Shown here one piece after another: positions 44,153-53,465 of a stretch of 64,000 nt of DNA. Within the stretch, counting starts at the first letter, position 1; every line of letters starts with the position of its first letter. The notes below the pieces were generated by a model. That model made no database searches. It worked only from the letters and a program-made list of their open reading frames with translations, and had not been told where the DNA came from. The position numbers were made by a program, and so were the translations under genes. Source of the stretch: an uncultured Methanolobus sp. (GTDB lineage: Archaea; Halobacteriota; Methanosarcinia; Methanosarcinales; Methanosarcinaceae); NCBI GenBank assembly GCA_963675495.1, contig OY776215.1:1056001-1120000 (forward strand). Direction: 5' to 3'.

Positions 44153-44488
44153 ATGAAGAGAATAAAAGCAATTATTCGCCCAGAGATGCTGGAAGATGTA
44201 AAGGCAGCACTGGAAGAGAAAGGTTACTTTGCCATGACAGTATACCAGGTTAAAGGACGTGGAGCACAGAAAGGTATCTGCCTCCAGTACAGAGGAACAC
44301 AGATCAAAGTAGATATGATCCCTAAGACCGAAATAGAGATGGTCGTTGGTGATGAAGATGTAAGACCTATCATCGAAATCATAAGAACAAGTGCAAGAAC
44401 CGGTAAATTCGGTGACGGAAAAATTTTCGTATCCCCGATAGAGCTGGTAGCTGCAATCAGAAATGATGACGAGATAGTATCTGAATGA
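44153..44488 (+). CDS. glnK: P-II nitrogen regulator
   Basis: AIIRP, GRGAQKG T-loop, TGKFGDGKIF; follows amt. Confidence 0.95.
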   Translation: MKRIKAIIRPEMLEDVKAALEEKGYFAMTVYQVKGRGAQKGICLQYRGTQIKVDMIPKTEIEMVVGDEDVRPIIEIIRTSARTGKFGDGKIFVSPIELVAAIRNDDEIVSE

Positions 44489-44595
44489 TATGAGGCAATT
44501 CCTCATATCTTCTTTTTTCACACCTTTTTTGTACTATATATTTAACAATATCACTATATTTTACATAGATTAATTATATATCTCCAGCTTTCAAT

Positions 44596-45510
44596 GTGAA
44601 AACATCTTATGCTAATGAAGGTGGGAATATAGGGAATATAGCAGATTTGCACACCCATACATGCTATTCTGACGGAGACCTTTTGCCAGAAGAAGTGGTG
44701 AAGCTGTCGAAAATTAAAGGATTGAAAGCTTTAAGCATTACAGACCACGACACAGTTGATGGGCTGGGCTATGCAAGGAGAGAATGTGAAAAACAAAATG
44801 TGATGTTCATTCCAGGCATTGAGTTTACCGCAGAAACTGAATACTCAGGTATAGAGGTCCACATACTTGGATACAATATAAATCCAGAGGATTATGAATT
44901 GCTTAAAATGACAGACCATGCAAAAGAGAATGCAAAGGATTACTGCCAAAAAGTCTGTTCAGCACTGGAATCATATGACTGGGAAATAGATTACTCCTTA
45001 ATAGGTAATACTAAAGGAATAATCACAAAGCACGATATTACGCTTTCAGTGGTCAACAAGAATATGAGTAACTATGATTTCCATAACAACTGGCTATCCG
45101 ACACATCACCTGTGAATATAATAATGCAGAAATTCCCTGCCAAAAAAGTAATCAGGACCATACACCGGGCAGGAGGGAAAGCTGTTTGTGCACACATATT
45201 AAGAACACTGGAACAGACAAATGATCTGCCACTTTTGCCGTACATGTCAGAATCACTCATAAGATGCGGATTGGATGGATTCGAGGTTTTCTATGCAAAA
45301 AGCAGCAAAAAAAAGGTCCATATGATGTATGACCTATGTTCAAAACAGGGACTTTTGATGACAGGTGGATCGGACTTCCACGGAATTGGAAGAATCGGGC
45401 GGTGCCAATTAGGGGAATACAATACATATTCAAAGTTCAAAGTGAGGGAACTACTCGAACAACTTTGCAATAATAGTAATAATTATGTCAGACAGAAAGT
45501 TATGGCATGA
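44596..45510 (+). CDS. PHP-domain metallophosphoesterase
   Basis: DLHTHT..SDG, ITDHDT, HILGY, GGSDFHG. Confidence 0.9.
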   Translation: MKTSYANEGGNIGNIADLHTHTCYSDGDLLPEEVVKLSKIKGLKALSITDHDTVDGLGYARRECEKQNVMFIPGIEFTAETEYSGIEVHILGYNINPEDYELLKMTDHAKENAKDYCQKVCSALESYDWEIDYSLIGNTKGIITKHDITLSVVNKNMSNYDFHNNWLSDTSPVNIIMQKFPAKKVIRTIHRAGGKAVCAHILRTLEQTNDLPLLPYMSESLIRCGLDGFEVFYAKSSKKKVHMMYDLCSKQGLLMTGGSDFHGIGRIGRCQLGEYNTYSKFKVRELLEQLCNNSNNYVRQKVMA

Positions 45511-45538
45511 ACTCTTTTTGATTTACCAGGCATAAGGC

Positions 45539-46009
45539 TTATCGTACATACCATTCCAACGGGACAACTATTTCGTCGCCTTTTTTCTTTGAACCAAAAA
45601 GAGGAATCTCAAATTTTGCATCCTCAAGAAGAGTAACTGAAAGACCACAGCTCCCACCCCTTGGAATGCATTGAATTACTTTTGCGTTTAAAGTGAGCTC
45701 TTCACCCTCATTGCCCCAGGAAGGAACTTTGATAGTGATAATACTACCAATATTATCAGGTAAACGATTTTCAAACTGAGAGATTTTCCTGTAGTCCAGT
45801 TCAAAACCGGTTCCTTTAAGGTTGTTCTCAACATCCCGGCAGTTCAGGTCAAGCGCAACTGAAATATCCTCCAGAGAATACCCGGATTCATAGAGGAATT
45901 TAGTAGAACCTTTTTTCAAATGGTCAAGGTCCGAGTATTTAACTGGACGGGTTTCACACAATTGTCGCATCGATTCTAATTTACTCTTACCATTGACCTC
46001 TTTGTCCAA
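45539..46009 (-). CDS. Hypothetical protein
   Basis: 156-aa ORF, TTG start after GGAGG; HTH-like GYSLEDISVALDL. Confidence 0.7.
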   Translation of the reverse strand: MDKEVNGKSKLESMRQLCETRPVKYSDLDHLKKGSTKFLYESGYSLEDISVALDLNCRDVENNLKGTGFELDYRKISQFENRLPDNIGSIITIKVPSWGNEGEELTLNAKVIQCIPRGGSCGLSVTLLEDAKFEIPLFGSKKKGDEIVVPLEWYVR

Positions 46010-46059
46010 AAAAAAACCTCCTTAAATGAACTTGTTCTAATTATAGATATAAAGTCCTT

Positions 46060-46770
46060 TTAGTTTGCTTTTCCTCTTATATTGCTTTCAAACCAGTCAA
46101 GTATTGCAAACATCAGATCAGAAGATGACCTTATCAGATCATCCCTCCCACGTATCTCATTTTCTGATTGTACAAACCTGCCTATCACAAGATCAGAACT
46201 ACAGTTTTCTATCAGGCTGTTTACACAATCTTCATCAACCTCTGGATGGAACTGCACTGCAAGCACATTGTCTCCGTAAATAAAACCTTGCTCAGGGCAT
46301 GCTTCACTTTCAAACAGGCATTTTGCTCCCCTTGGAAGACTGAAGGTATCACCATGCCACTGGAAAGCAATAATTTCCTCAGAAATATGAAACAGATCGT
46401 CATCTGCCTGAAATGCTTCAAGTGAGCGAACTTTGTGCCATCCAATTTCCTTAAGTGAGTTTTGTGACACTTTACCCCCCAATAGTTCTGCTATCATCTG
46501 AGCTCCAAAACATATACCATAGACGGCTTTACCAGATTTGATAGCAGTTTTAACAAATTTCTTTTCCTCCTTTAACCATGGATATTCTTCTTCCTGATAG
46601 ACACTCATCAAACCTCCCATTATTATGAGCAGATCGAATTCATGTAACTGTGGAAAAACAGAGTTTTCGTATGGTTTAGTCACAAATATAGAATGACCTT
46701 TATCCGAGGCCCATTCCTTGATGTTACCGAGGGTTTCAAATTCCAGATGTACCAGGCAATTGATTTTCAT
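46060..46770 (-). CDS. Class I glutamine amidotransferase-like protein
   Basis: GICFGAQ, QWHGD, QFHPE. Confidence 0.92.
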   Translation of the reverse strand: MKINCLVHLEFETLGNIKEWASDKGHSIFVTKPYENSVFPQLHEFDLLIIMGGLMSVYQEEEYPWLKEEKKFVKTAIKSGKAVYGICFGAQMIAELLGGKVSQNSLKEIGWHKVRSLEAFQADDDLFHISEEIIAFQWHGDTFSLPRGAKCLFESEACPEQGFIYGDNVLAVQFHPEVDEDCVNSLIENCSSDLVIGRFVQSENEIRGRDDLIRSSSDLMFAILDWFESNIRGKAN

Positions 46771-46982
46771 AATTATTCTATCTCGAATGGATTTTTCAAA
46801 TTCTGTTAGTGTATAGTGCGAATAGTATGGGAACTTATGAATAAGCAAGAACAGATTAGTATTTTGCTATTAAGAAATCGATGTGTTGCGCAAATGAACA
46901 CAGTTGTATAGGATTATTTACATATTATTATTAATAGATTAATATTTACTATAAAAATATTTGAAAATTGTGGAAGGATAAC

Positions 46983-47590
46983 ATGAGATACAAAATAAAC
47001 TCGAAGAGCAGTTACAAATAAAGAATGATTACATTGATTCAACATTATCTCTTCACAGGACAAGGTAAATAGTAATTTAGGAGTTGCAAGAGCCGCTTTT
47101 TATTCAAAAGGGACTCCAAAGATAGTTGATGAACAAATGGTACTTGGAGAAGACTATGTTATTAGTGACAATTTTGAAATCGTTGATAACATCAAAAACA
47201 TGGTTGGCGGAAAAGCTACTGTATTCCAGGTGCAAAACGAAGAAGCTGTAATGATATCCACTAATGTAATAACTGACGAAGGAACCAGAGAAGTTGGCAC
47301 TACTGTATCCCAACCAGTATATGATGCAGTTATCAATAAAGGAGAAAACTTCTATGGAAGAGCATGGGTTGTCAATGCATGGTACATGACTGCATATGAA
47401 CCCATTGAAGATAATGCAGGAAATATCATCCATATAAGAGTCATTAGCTGCCGGAACACAGGAAGTTTCCGCTGCTGTTGAAGAACAAACATCATCCATG
47501 ACAGAGTTCACAGAATCTTCCAGGGAACTGTCTGAACTTGCAGATGGACTGAAATCAAAGCTGGATAAATTCAAATTTGAAAGTGAATAA
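46983..47590 (+). pseudogene. Methyl-accepting chemotaxis protein remnant with a large internal deletion
   Basis: Cache-like GGKATVFQ..ISTNV..GTREVGT..FYGRAWVVNAWYMTAYEPI, then in another frame the MCP end AGTQEVSAAVEEQTSSM...LDKFK; 5' part frameshifted. Confidence 0.75.
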
Positions 47591-47623
47591 AGGGTTCAAT
47601 GAGCCCTCACTTTCATCTTATTT

Positions 47624-48073
47624 TTATTCTTTTTCATAATCAAGTGTGCATTTGAATTCTTTTTCAGAGCTGGTTATCAGGTAATATGTTGCTGCCAGTG
47701 CAAGAATAAGTACTCCCATGCCTGCAAGGAACAAGGGCTCTGTGCTTTTAATATCAATTATTATCACTTTTCTTATGATTACAGTGACTCCTACAAGAAT
47801 GATAACATCCACGTTCATTGATGATTCCGTGATTATCATTTTTACAGTTTCCAGTAACTCTATACCGATTATAACAAGGAAGAAAAGACCGAATACATCC
47901 AGTATCTGATCCACACCAATTAACAAAATAGGAGGCGTCATCAGATCTTTGATGACTATCCATCCAATTTCCAATGTAGCACTAAGGATAACAAATGCCA
48001 TCATCACAATAATGGTCTTTATGACCAATGTCTGGAACCTGTTTATGTATTTGATTACCACATTATTCACCAA
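47624..48073 (-). CDS. PsiE-family membrane protein
   Basis: FGLFFLVIIGIELLETVK, IRKVIIID; four TMs. Confidence 0.85.
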   Translation of the reverse strand: MVNNVVIKYINRFQTLVIKTIIVMMAFVILSATLEIGWIVIKDLMTPPILLIGVDQILDVFGLFFLVIIGIELLETVKMIITESSMNVDVIILVGVTVIIRKVIIIDIKSTEPLFLAGMGVLILALAATYYLITSSEKEFKCTLDYEKE

Positions 48074-48274
48074 TAAAAGAGCTTAATTCAGGACTAAGCA
48101 CTTACCCATAGTATTCAAAATCATTGCTTAGTTTAGTAATACCCAATGAAGTACTTTTTCTTTTACTGTGAATACTTTTAAAGAAAATATACAGAAAAAC
48201 ATATATTTCACAGTAAACATATGAGTAAGTGGCAGACAAATCTGACCAGTCTATATACGTAGGGGGAACAAAGA

Positions 48275-48949
48275 TTGGTAGTAAACATAAAATTACATGT
48301 TTTCATTATTTTTATTCTTGTTCTGACATTAGTATTTCCAAATATAATACCACAAGAACAATCACTTCATGAAGCTTTTGAAAATATAACTAGTATAACT
48401 AATGAAGCTGTAGAAACTAGCCCTGAACAGGAACCTTTGATGTCAATAGTGGATGACATATCTGTTGAAGATGAAAGATCAGGGTGGTGGAAACATGACG
48501 GACACAGTATTGTAAGTTATGCATCTTCAGAAAATGAACTGAATATAATGAGTTTAAATGATTCAAACGAAGAATCTGATGAGGGAACCGAAAGTGACGA
48601 AGGTTCGGAAAACGATGGAGAATCAAACGAAGGATCCGAAGGTGATGAAAGTTCAGAAAACGATGGAGAATCGAACGAGGGAACCGAAGGTGATGGAGGT
48701 TCAGAAAACGATGGAGAATCAAACGAAGGATCCGAAGGTGATGAAGGTTCAGAAAATGATGGAGAATCAAACGAAGGATCCGAAGGTGATGAAGGTTCAG
48801 AAAATGATGGAGAACCAGACGAGGGAACCGAAGATGGGGAAGAGACAGATGAGGATACCGGAGATAGCACTCAGGAAATACCTGAATTCTCAGCCATATT
48901 GCTTCCTTTCATGATCGCACTTTGCATAGCAATGTTCTTCAGGAAATAG
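48275..48949 (+). CDS. PEF-CTERM sorted acidic surface protein
   Basis: N-terminal hydrophobic segment, acidic repeats, EIPEFS-TM-RK terminus. Confidence 0.85.
   Translation: MVVNIKLHVFIIFILVLTLVFPNIIPQEQSLHEAFENITSITNEAVETSPEQEPLMSIVDDISVEDERSGWWKHDGHSIVSYASSENELNIMSLNDSNEESDEGTESDEGSENDGESNEGSEGDESSENDGESNEGTEGDGGSENDGESNEGSEGDEGSENDGESNEGSEGDEGSENDGEPDEGTEDGEETDEDTGDSTQEIPEFSAILLPFMIALCIAMFFRK
48572..48832 (+). repeat. 48-bp coding tandem repeat, about 5.5 copies
   Basis: Unit encodes ESNEGSEGDEGSENDG with minor variants. Confidence 0.9.
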
Positions 48950-48952
48950 ATA

Positions 48953-49936
48953 TTATTTCCTTAGTAGCCGTGAAGAATATATCACAGGGATCTTTAACAA
49001 TTTATTCCTGCCAATGGCAGATATATAGGCCTTTGAACCTGCCACATGGGCAGTATCAAGATTCCCCGGCTCAAAAAGAAGGATGAATGCACCTATGATT
49101 ATGAGGAAGCATCCCTGAATAGTATTCATAAATATAGGTTCGTGAAGGAACAGGAACCCGAAAAGAATACCACTCACAGGTTCGAGCAATGCAAGCACAC
49201 TTACCGTCTGTGCTCTTATTTTTGCAGCACTATTAAGGTAGAGCACTGAAGCAAACGCTGTTGTTACCAGTCCAAATAGAACAAGAGTACGCAGATTCAT
49301 AAAAAGTACATCTGCCGGTACTTTGCTACCAAAAGGTAACAGGATCAGCAAGCTGATAAAAGTTGACCAGAACAACTGAGTGATGCCTGAATATTCATCT
49401 TTGAGATAACTAACAGTCATAATCGTGCCACTATAAGAAATGCCAGACAGGACACCAAGACTAATACCTATCAAAATGTGAGAATCATGCCCTAATGCGT
49501 TGCTTCCTGGTAATATAACAATTAGAATACCAGTTATTGAGATTATTAGGGAAAACATGCCACGTTTTGTAATCTTCTCTTTTAAGAAAAGAGGAGACAA
49601 TAATGTAACGTATACAGGTGCTGTGTAAAGCAACAGGACTGCAATCGAAATACCCACATACTTTATAGAACTGAAGTAAGTATAAAGCGTAAGAACATTG
49701 AAAATTGCAATTAAGAGAATATATCGCTTTTTTTTATTCAAATATAGCATATTATTCTTTTTAGTTATAATACAATAGGCTAATAATAGTATGAATCCAA
49801 AAATAAGCCTGTAAAATATAACAGAGCTTGTTTGCATGTCATAGATATGTTTTATAAAGATTCCACTAGCTCCGAATATAGTACAAGAGATTATAAGTTC
49901 TAAATAAGAGTATTTACTAGTTTTAATAGATATCAT
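48953..49936 (-). CDS. EamA/DMT family transporter
   Basis: About 10 TMs, LLYTAPVYV, LALLEPV. Confidence 0.9.
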   Translation of the reverse strand: MISIKTSKYSYLELIISCTIFGASGIFIKHIYDMQTSSVIFYRLIFGFILLLAYCIITKKNNMLYLNKKKRYILLIAIFNVLTLYTYFSSIKYVGISIAVLLLYTAPVYVTLLSPLFLKEKITKRGMFSLIISITGILIVILPGSNALGHDSHILIGISLGVLSGISYSGTIMTVSYLKDEYSGITQLFWSTFISLLILLPFGSKVPADVLFMNLRTLVLFGLVTTAFASVLYLNSAAKIRAQTVSVLALLEPVSGILFGFLFLHEPIFMNTIQGCFLIIIGAFILLFEPGNLDTAHVAGSKAYISAIGRNKLLKIPVIYSSRLLRK

Positions 49937-50077
49937 AAGGATTATGCAGAAACAATTCTATAATATATAAGCAAATCTGAAATAAAAAATCATTAACAAA
50001 TCATATTGCTAAATATAAGATAATAACCTGTAAAATACCCAATTACTAAAAAAGGAAGTAATTGAAAAAATAATGAA

Positions 50078-50928
50078 TCATCCTAATTCAAAACTGGTTA
50101 CACCAAAAATGTTGTTAATTGGAAGCATAGGAATATTTTTGAATACATCCTGCCAGTTTCAAAAACTCTGGACATACCATGAGATCGTGCGATATCCAAA
50201 GCATGGGTATTAGGTTCAGGAAGATCGAAGAACACAGGTGTTTCACCAACTGTAACCAGAAGATCGTTGAATATATTTCCTGCAATCCCAGGGGTTGACG
50301 CAAATAACGGACCTATTTTCGACCCAGTAAAACATGGCCTCATAACACCATATCCCATAATTGTACCAGAATCATCAAGTTTTGCAAATGCACTGCACCC
50401 TTCATGGGAAATCCAGGCACGTAGGAAATTCTCACGACGCGAAGGAAAGTGCAGGCTATCATAATCTAGCAAAGCATCAAATGGAACGTCTGAAACCGGA
50501 ACTAGCCCCTCTGGATATGTTCCTCCTCCAATGCCTTCGAACCTTATGTTACGATCGGTAAAAGTGAAACCAGACCTCTGCTGATATATCTCCTGCATTT
50601 CCATAACCCCGTCACCGCCAATGTTCCTTTTGCCTGCGTGAGACATTGCTTCTGTAAAAATCCTGCTTCTATAACCATGATTCCCGTATTCTGGCTTCAC
50701 AATATAGAAGCCTTCAAATGCAAACTTGTCATCATAAACAACATTTGACATACAGCAGATTGGCACTCCATCAAGATCACCTATAAAAAAACCGGAAGGA
50801 TCGGTAGCATAAAAGCACCCAGCATCATTTATTCCAGGATTTCATCCTTCTTCGTCTGCCCACCTAATGGCAATATCAACATCCGAACGCTTCATAGTAC
50901 GGATCTGAAAAGCCTCGCTTTCACCCAT
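50078..50928 (-). pseudogene. GNAT acetyltransferase (YitH-like) pseudogene
   Basis: MGESEAFQIRTM...WADEEG*NPG (TGA where Trp is expected); 1-nt loss in an A run near 50140 displaces the C-terminus NIFGVTSFELG. Confidence 0.85.
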
Positions 50929-51059
50929 GGCACAACACCTGTAATGGTATAAAAATACAACAACAGATAAGGTTTGGCAAGGTCTATATGTAGAAGATAC
51001 TGAAAATAATTTCAAAAAACAGTTTATGACAAAATTAGAACTGAATATTCAGTAAGAAA

Positions 51060-51430
51060 AAACTGAAATAGTTTTCCTGCAAAAGCAGGAAAACATATTA
51101 TTGACAATAACCCCATTGACAATAATGTTGACAATAACCCCGGAGCCCTTCCGATACTTTCGGAACGACTGCCCCTAATCCGCTCATACTCCACTTCCCA
51201 CTAAAGTCCCACTTTAACTCGCTCATACTCCTTTGCTTCATCCTTCCGATATTTTGGAAAGGTGGGCACTTTTCGTTTTTAGATGCCTAGAGGGGGAAGG
51301 CATCGTACCCACAATTCCATGCAATCCAATTCCGTTTTTAACCGGAGGAAATTGGGATGAATTCCATATCGTACCACCGTATGGTGCATTTCATCTGAGG
51401 CAATCTCTGTCTGGCAGATTTTGCCACAAT
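51060..51430 (-). ncRNA. Candidate structured non-coding RNA; strand inferred
   Basis: GC-richer island in AT-rich DNA with several hairpins and duplicated motifs, TATA-like sequence at ~51450-51480 and a terminator-like hairpin at 51071-51094. Confidence 0.55.
51071..51094 (-). terminator. Perfect 10-bp hairpin, T-rich downstream on the minus strand
   Basis: GTTTTCCTGC-AAAA-GCAGGAAAAC. Confidence 0.6.
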
Positions 51431-51544
51431 TCATACTACATTATACTACTATATTAATATATCTACACTTGGATATATAATGAGTATCATTATGATGAGG
51501 TGATTTCCGAACCTAAAATCGATAACAATCGATGGAACATTAGT

Positions 51545-51784
51545 TTATTCCGAGCAAAAGTACTCGCCTTTAAGAGCAAATTTACGATATATGAAACACT
51601 CTGAACACAGACACCCTTTTTTCTGTGTGCCAGCATATGCACCTTTAGAACAAAACATAAAGACACCATTTCCAGGATATGATGGGCACGTCGGACAATT
51701 ACATCCTTTGGAATGATGATAGGATGTACATATACCGAAATATTTACCATGCTCCTTTGATGAACATGCCTCTTCACCTGTCGT
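51545..51784 (-). CDS. DUF2769-like Cys-rich protein, 79 aa, ACG at the start position (frame not in ORF track)
   Basis: CNCPTCPSY..MFCSKG..KKGCLCSEC..YFC; GGGGTG-N5-ACG; in-frame TAG just upstream. Confidence 0.75.
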   Translation of the reverse strand, partial: TTGEEACSSKEHGKYFGICTSYHHSKGCNCPTCPSYPGNGVFMFCSKGAYAGTQKKGCLCSECFIYRKFALKGEYFCSE

Positions 51785-51846
51785 AATAACACCCCACTAA
51801 TATATGAAAATAAAAAATCAATGCAAAGAAACTAAAGAAGAAAAGC

Positions 51847-53190
51847 TCAGCCGAGCTTTTCCTGAAGATATTTCTTAAACCCAGAATAATCCGTGCTAAG
51901 ATGATCCATATACTCCTGCTTCCCTTCCACCTCTTTCAGGCTTTGTGGAAGTTCAGGCTCAACTCCTGTTTCATTCTTTACATGTTCAGGGAACTTAGCA
52001 GGATCTGCTGTTTCCAGAGTGACAGCAAGCGTATTATCACCTGTTTGGGATCTGAATTCAAGCAGGCCTTTTACACCGACTGCACCATGCGGCTCGATCA
52101 GTATGCCATATTCCTCATATATCTTTTTTATTGTAGCTTTGGTCTCTCCGTCCGTAACAGAACCAGAGTAGACATCATTCCTGAGCTTTTCCATGTCAGG
52201 CTCTTTGCTGATATCCCCAGTCTCATCCATCTCCCCGCCATAGATGGCGATAAGTCTCGCAAGATTACTGGGGTGACCTACATTCATTGCATTAGACAGA
52301 CAGTTCTTTGATGGGACTATCTTCTCGTAGGCACCAGTACTCAGGAACTGTGGCACTTCATCATTCTCATTCACAGAAGCAATTATCTTCTTTACAGGTA
52401 TGCCCATTGTCCTTGCCAGAATACAGCCCATCATGTTACCAAAGTTACCTGATGGAATGGAAAAGATAATCTCTTCAGGGTATTCCCTGAGTCTTGCATA
52501 AGCATAGATATAGTAGATCGATTGAGGAACCAGACGACCGATGTTTATGGAGTTGGCTGACGAAAGGTTAAGATGTTTAAGTTCCTCATCTGCAAATGCC
52601 TGCTTCACCATTGCCTGACAGTCATCGAACTTACCGTCGATCGAGATGGCGGTAATGTTTCCATTAAGAGTGGTCATCTGCTTGCGCTGGCGATCAGAAA
52701 CCTCATCTGTTGGGAAAAGCACAATGACCTTTATATTGTCAAGACCATAGAATGCGTGTGCTACAGCGCTGCCGGTATCACCAGAAGTTGCTGTAAGGAT
52801 TGTCAGACTTTTGTTTTCCTTGCTAAGATAGTATTGCATGAGCCTTGCCATTATGCGAGCTGCGAAGTCCTTGAAGGATGCAGTTGGTCCCCTGTCAAGT
52901 CTCATGATGTATGTCTGCTTGTCAACTTCCTCGAGAGGAACTTCATAGTTGTAAGCATCATAGGTGATGGCTTTCAGTGATTTGTCATCTACCTCGCCTT
53001 CAAGAACCTTGCTCAGCACCCTGTATGCAATTTCAGGATACGGCACATCCTTGAAGGAGTCTATCTCTTCTTTTGAGAAGGTCGGAAGGCTTTTTGGCAT
53101 GTAAAGCCCTCTGTCCGGTGCAAGCCCAGTTATGAGGGCCTCCTGAAAGCTTACTTCCGGTGCTTTAAGATTTGTGCTATAGAGTTTCAT
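51847..53190 (-). CDS. thrC: Threonine synthase
   Basis: GLAPDRGLYMP, GPTASFKD, ATSGDTG, SANSINIGRL, PSGNFGN. Confidence 0.95.
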   Translation of the reverse strand: MKLYSTNLKAPEVSFQEALITGLAPDRGLYMPKSLPTFSKEEIDSFKDVPYPEIAYRVLSKVLEGEVDDKSLKAITYDAYNYEVPLEEVDKQTYIMRLDRGPTASFKDFAARIMARLMQYYLSKENKSLTILTATSGDTGSAVAHAFYGLDNIKVIVLFPTDEVSDRQRKQMTTLNGNITAISIDGKFDDCQAMVKQAFADEELKHLNLSSANSINIGRLVPQSIYYIYAYARLREYPEEIIFSIPSGNFGNMMGCILARTMGIPVKKIIASVNENDEVPQFLSTGAYEKIVPSKNCLSNAMNVGHPSNLARLIAIYGGEMDETGDISKEPDMEKLRNDVYSGSVTDGETKATIKKIYEEYGILIEPHGAVGVKGLLEFRSQTGDNTLAVTLETADPAKFPEHVKNETGVEPELPQSLKEVEGKQEYMDHLSTDYSGFKKYLQEKLG

Positions 53191-53465
53191 TTTGATCAGG
53201 AATTCAGTTGATGTGTATTATTATTAGTACAAAGTAAATTATGACCTTTAAAGGATAAATAAGTATGAATACCTTGCCATTCATCCGCGGTCAGATATTC
53301 AATCCATAATTAAAACAAGTAACAATGTTTCTAAATAATGTTCCCAATGTTATTTGCCTCATTATACACTAATATTATTAGTAGTAGCATTATTGCACTT
53401 GATTGCCAGAATGTCAATAAATGAAATCAAGTTGCTTAGTTAAGAAATCAAAAGGTGGGGGTTTA

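Noticed and set aside
48417-48914. Repetitive ORFs in three alternative frames
   Set aside because: By-products of the 48-bp tandem repeat
50841-50846. Selenocysteine recoding of the in-frame TGA in the GNAT gene
   Set aside because: The position corresponds to Trp (GWNPG), and a second frameshift lesion is present
51060-51430. RNase P RNA, SRP RNA or CRISPR array
   Set aside because: No GAGGAAAGUCC/ACAGAA P4 motifs, no SRP helix-8 motif, and the repeats are 7-14 nt without regular spacers
51490-51792. 100-aa ORF from the track
   Set aside because: Shadow frame of the Cys-rich gene at 51545-51784
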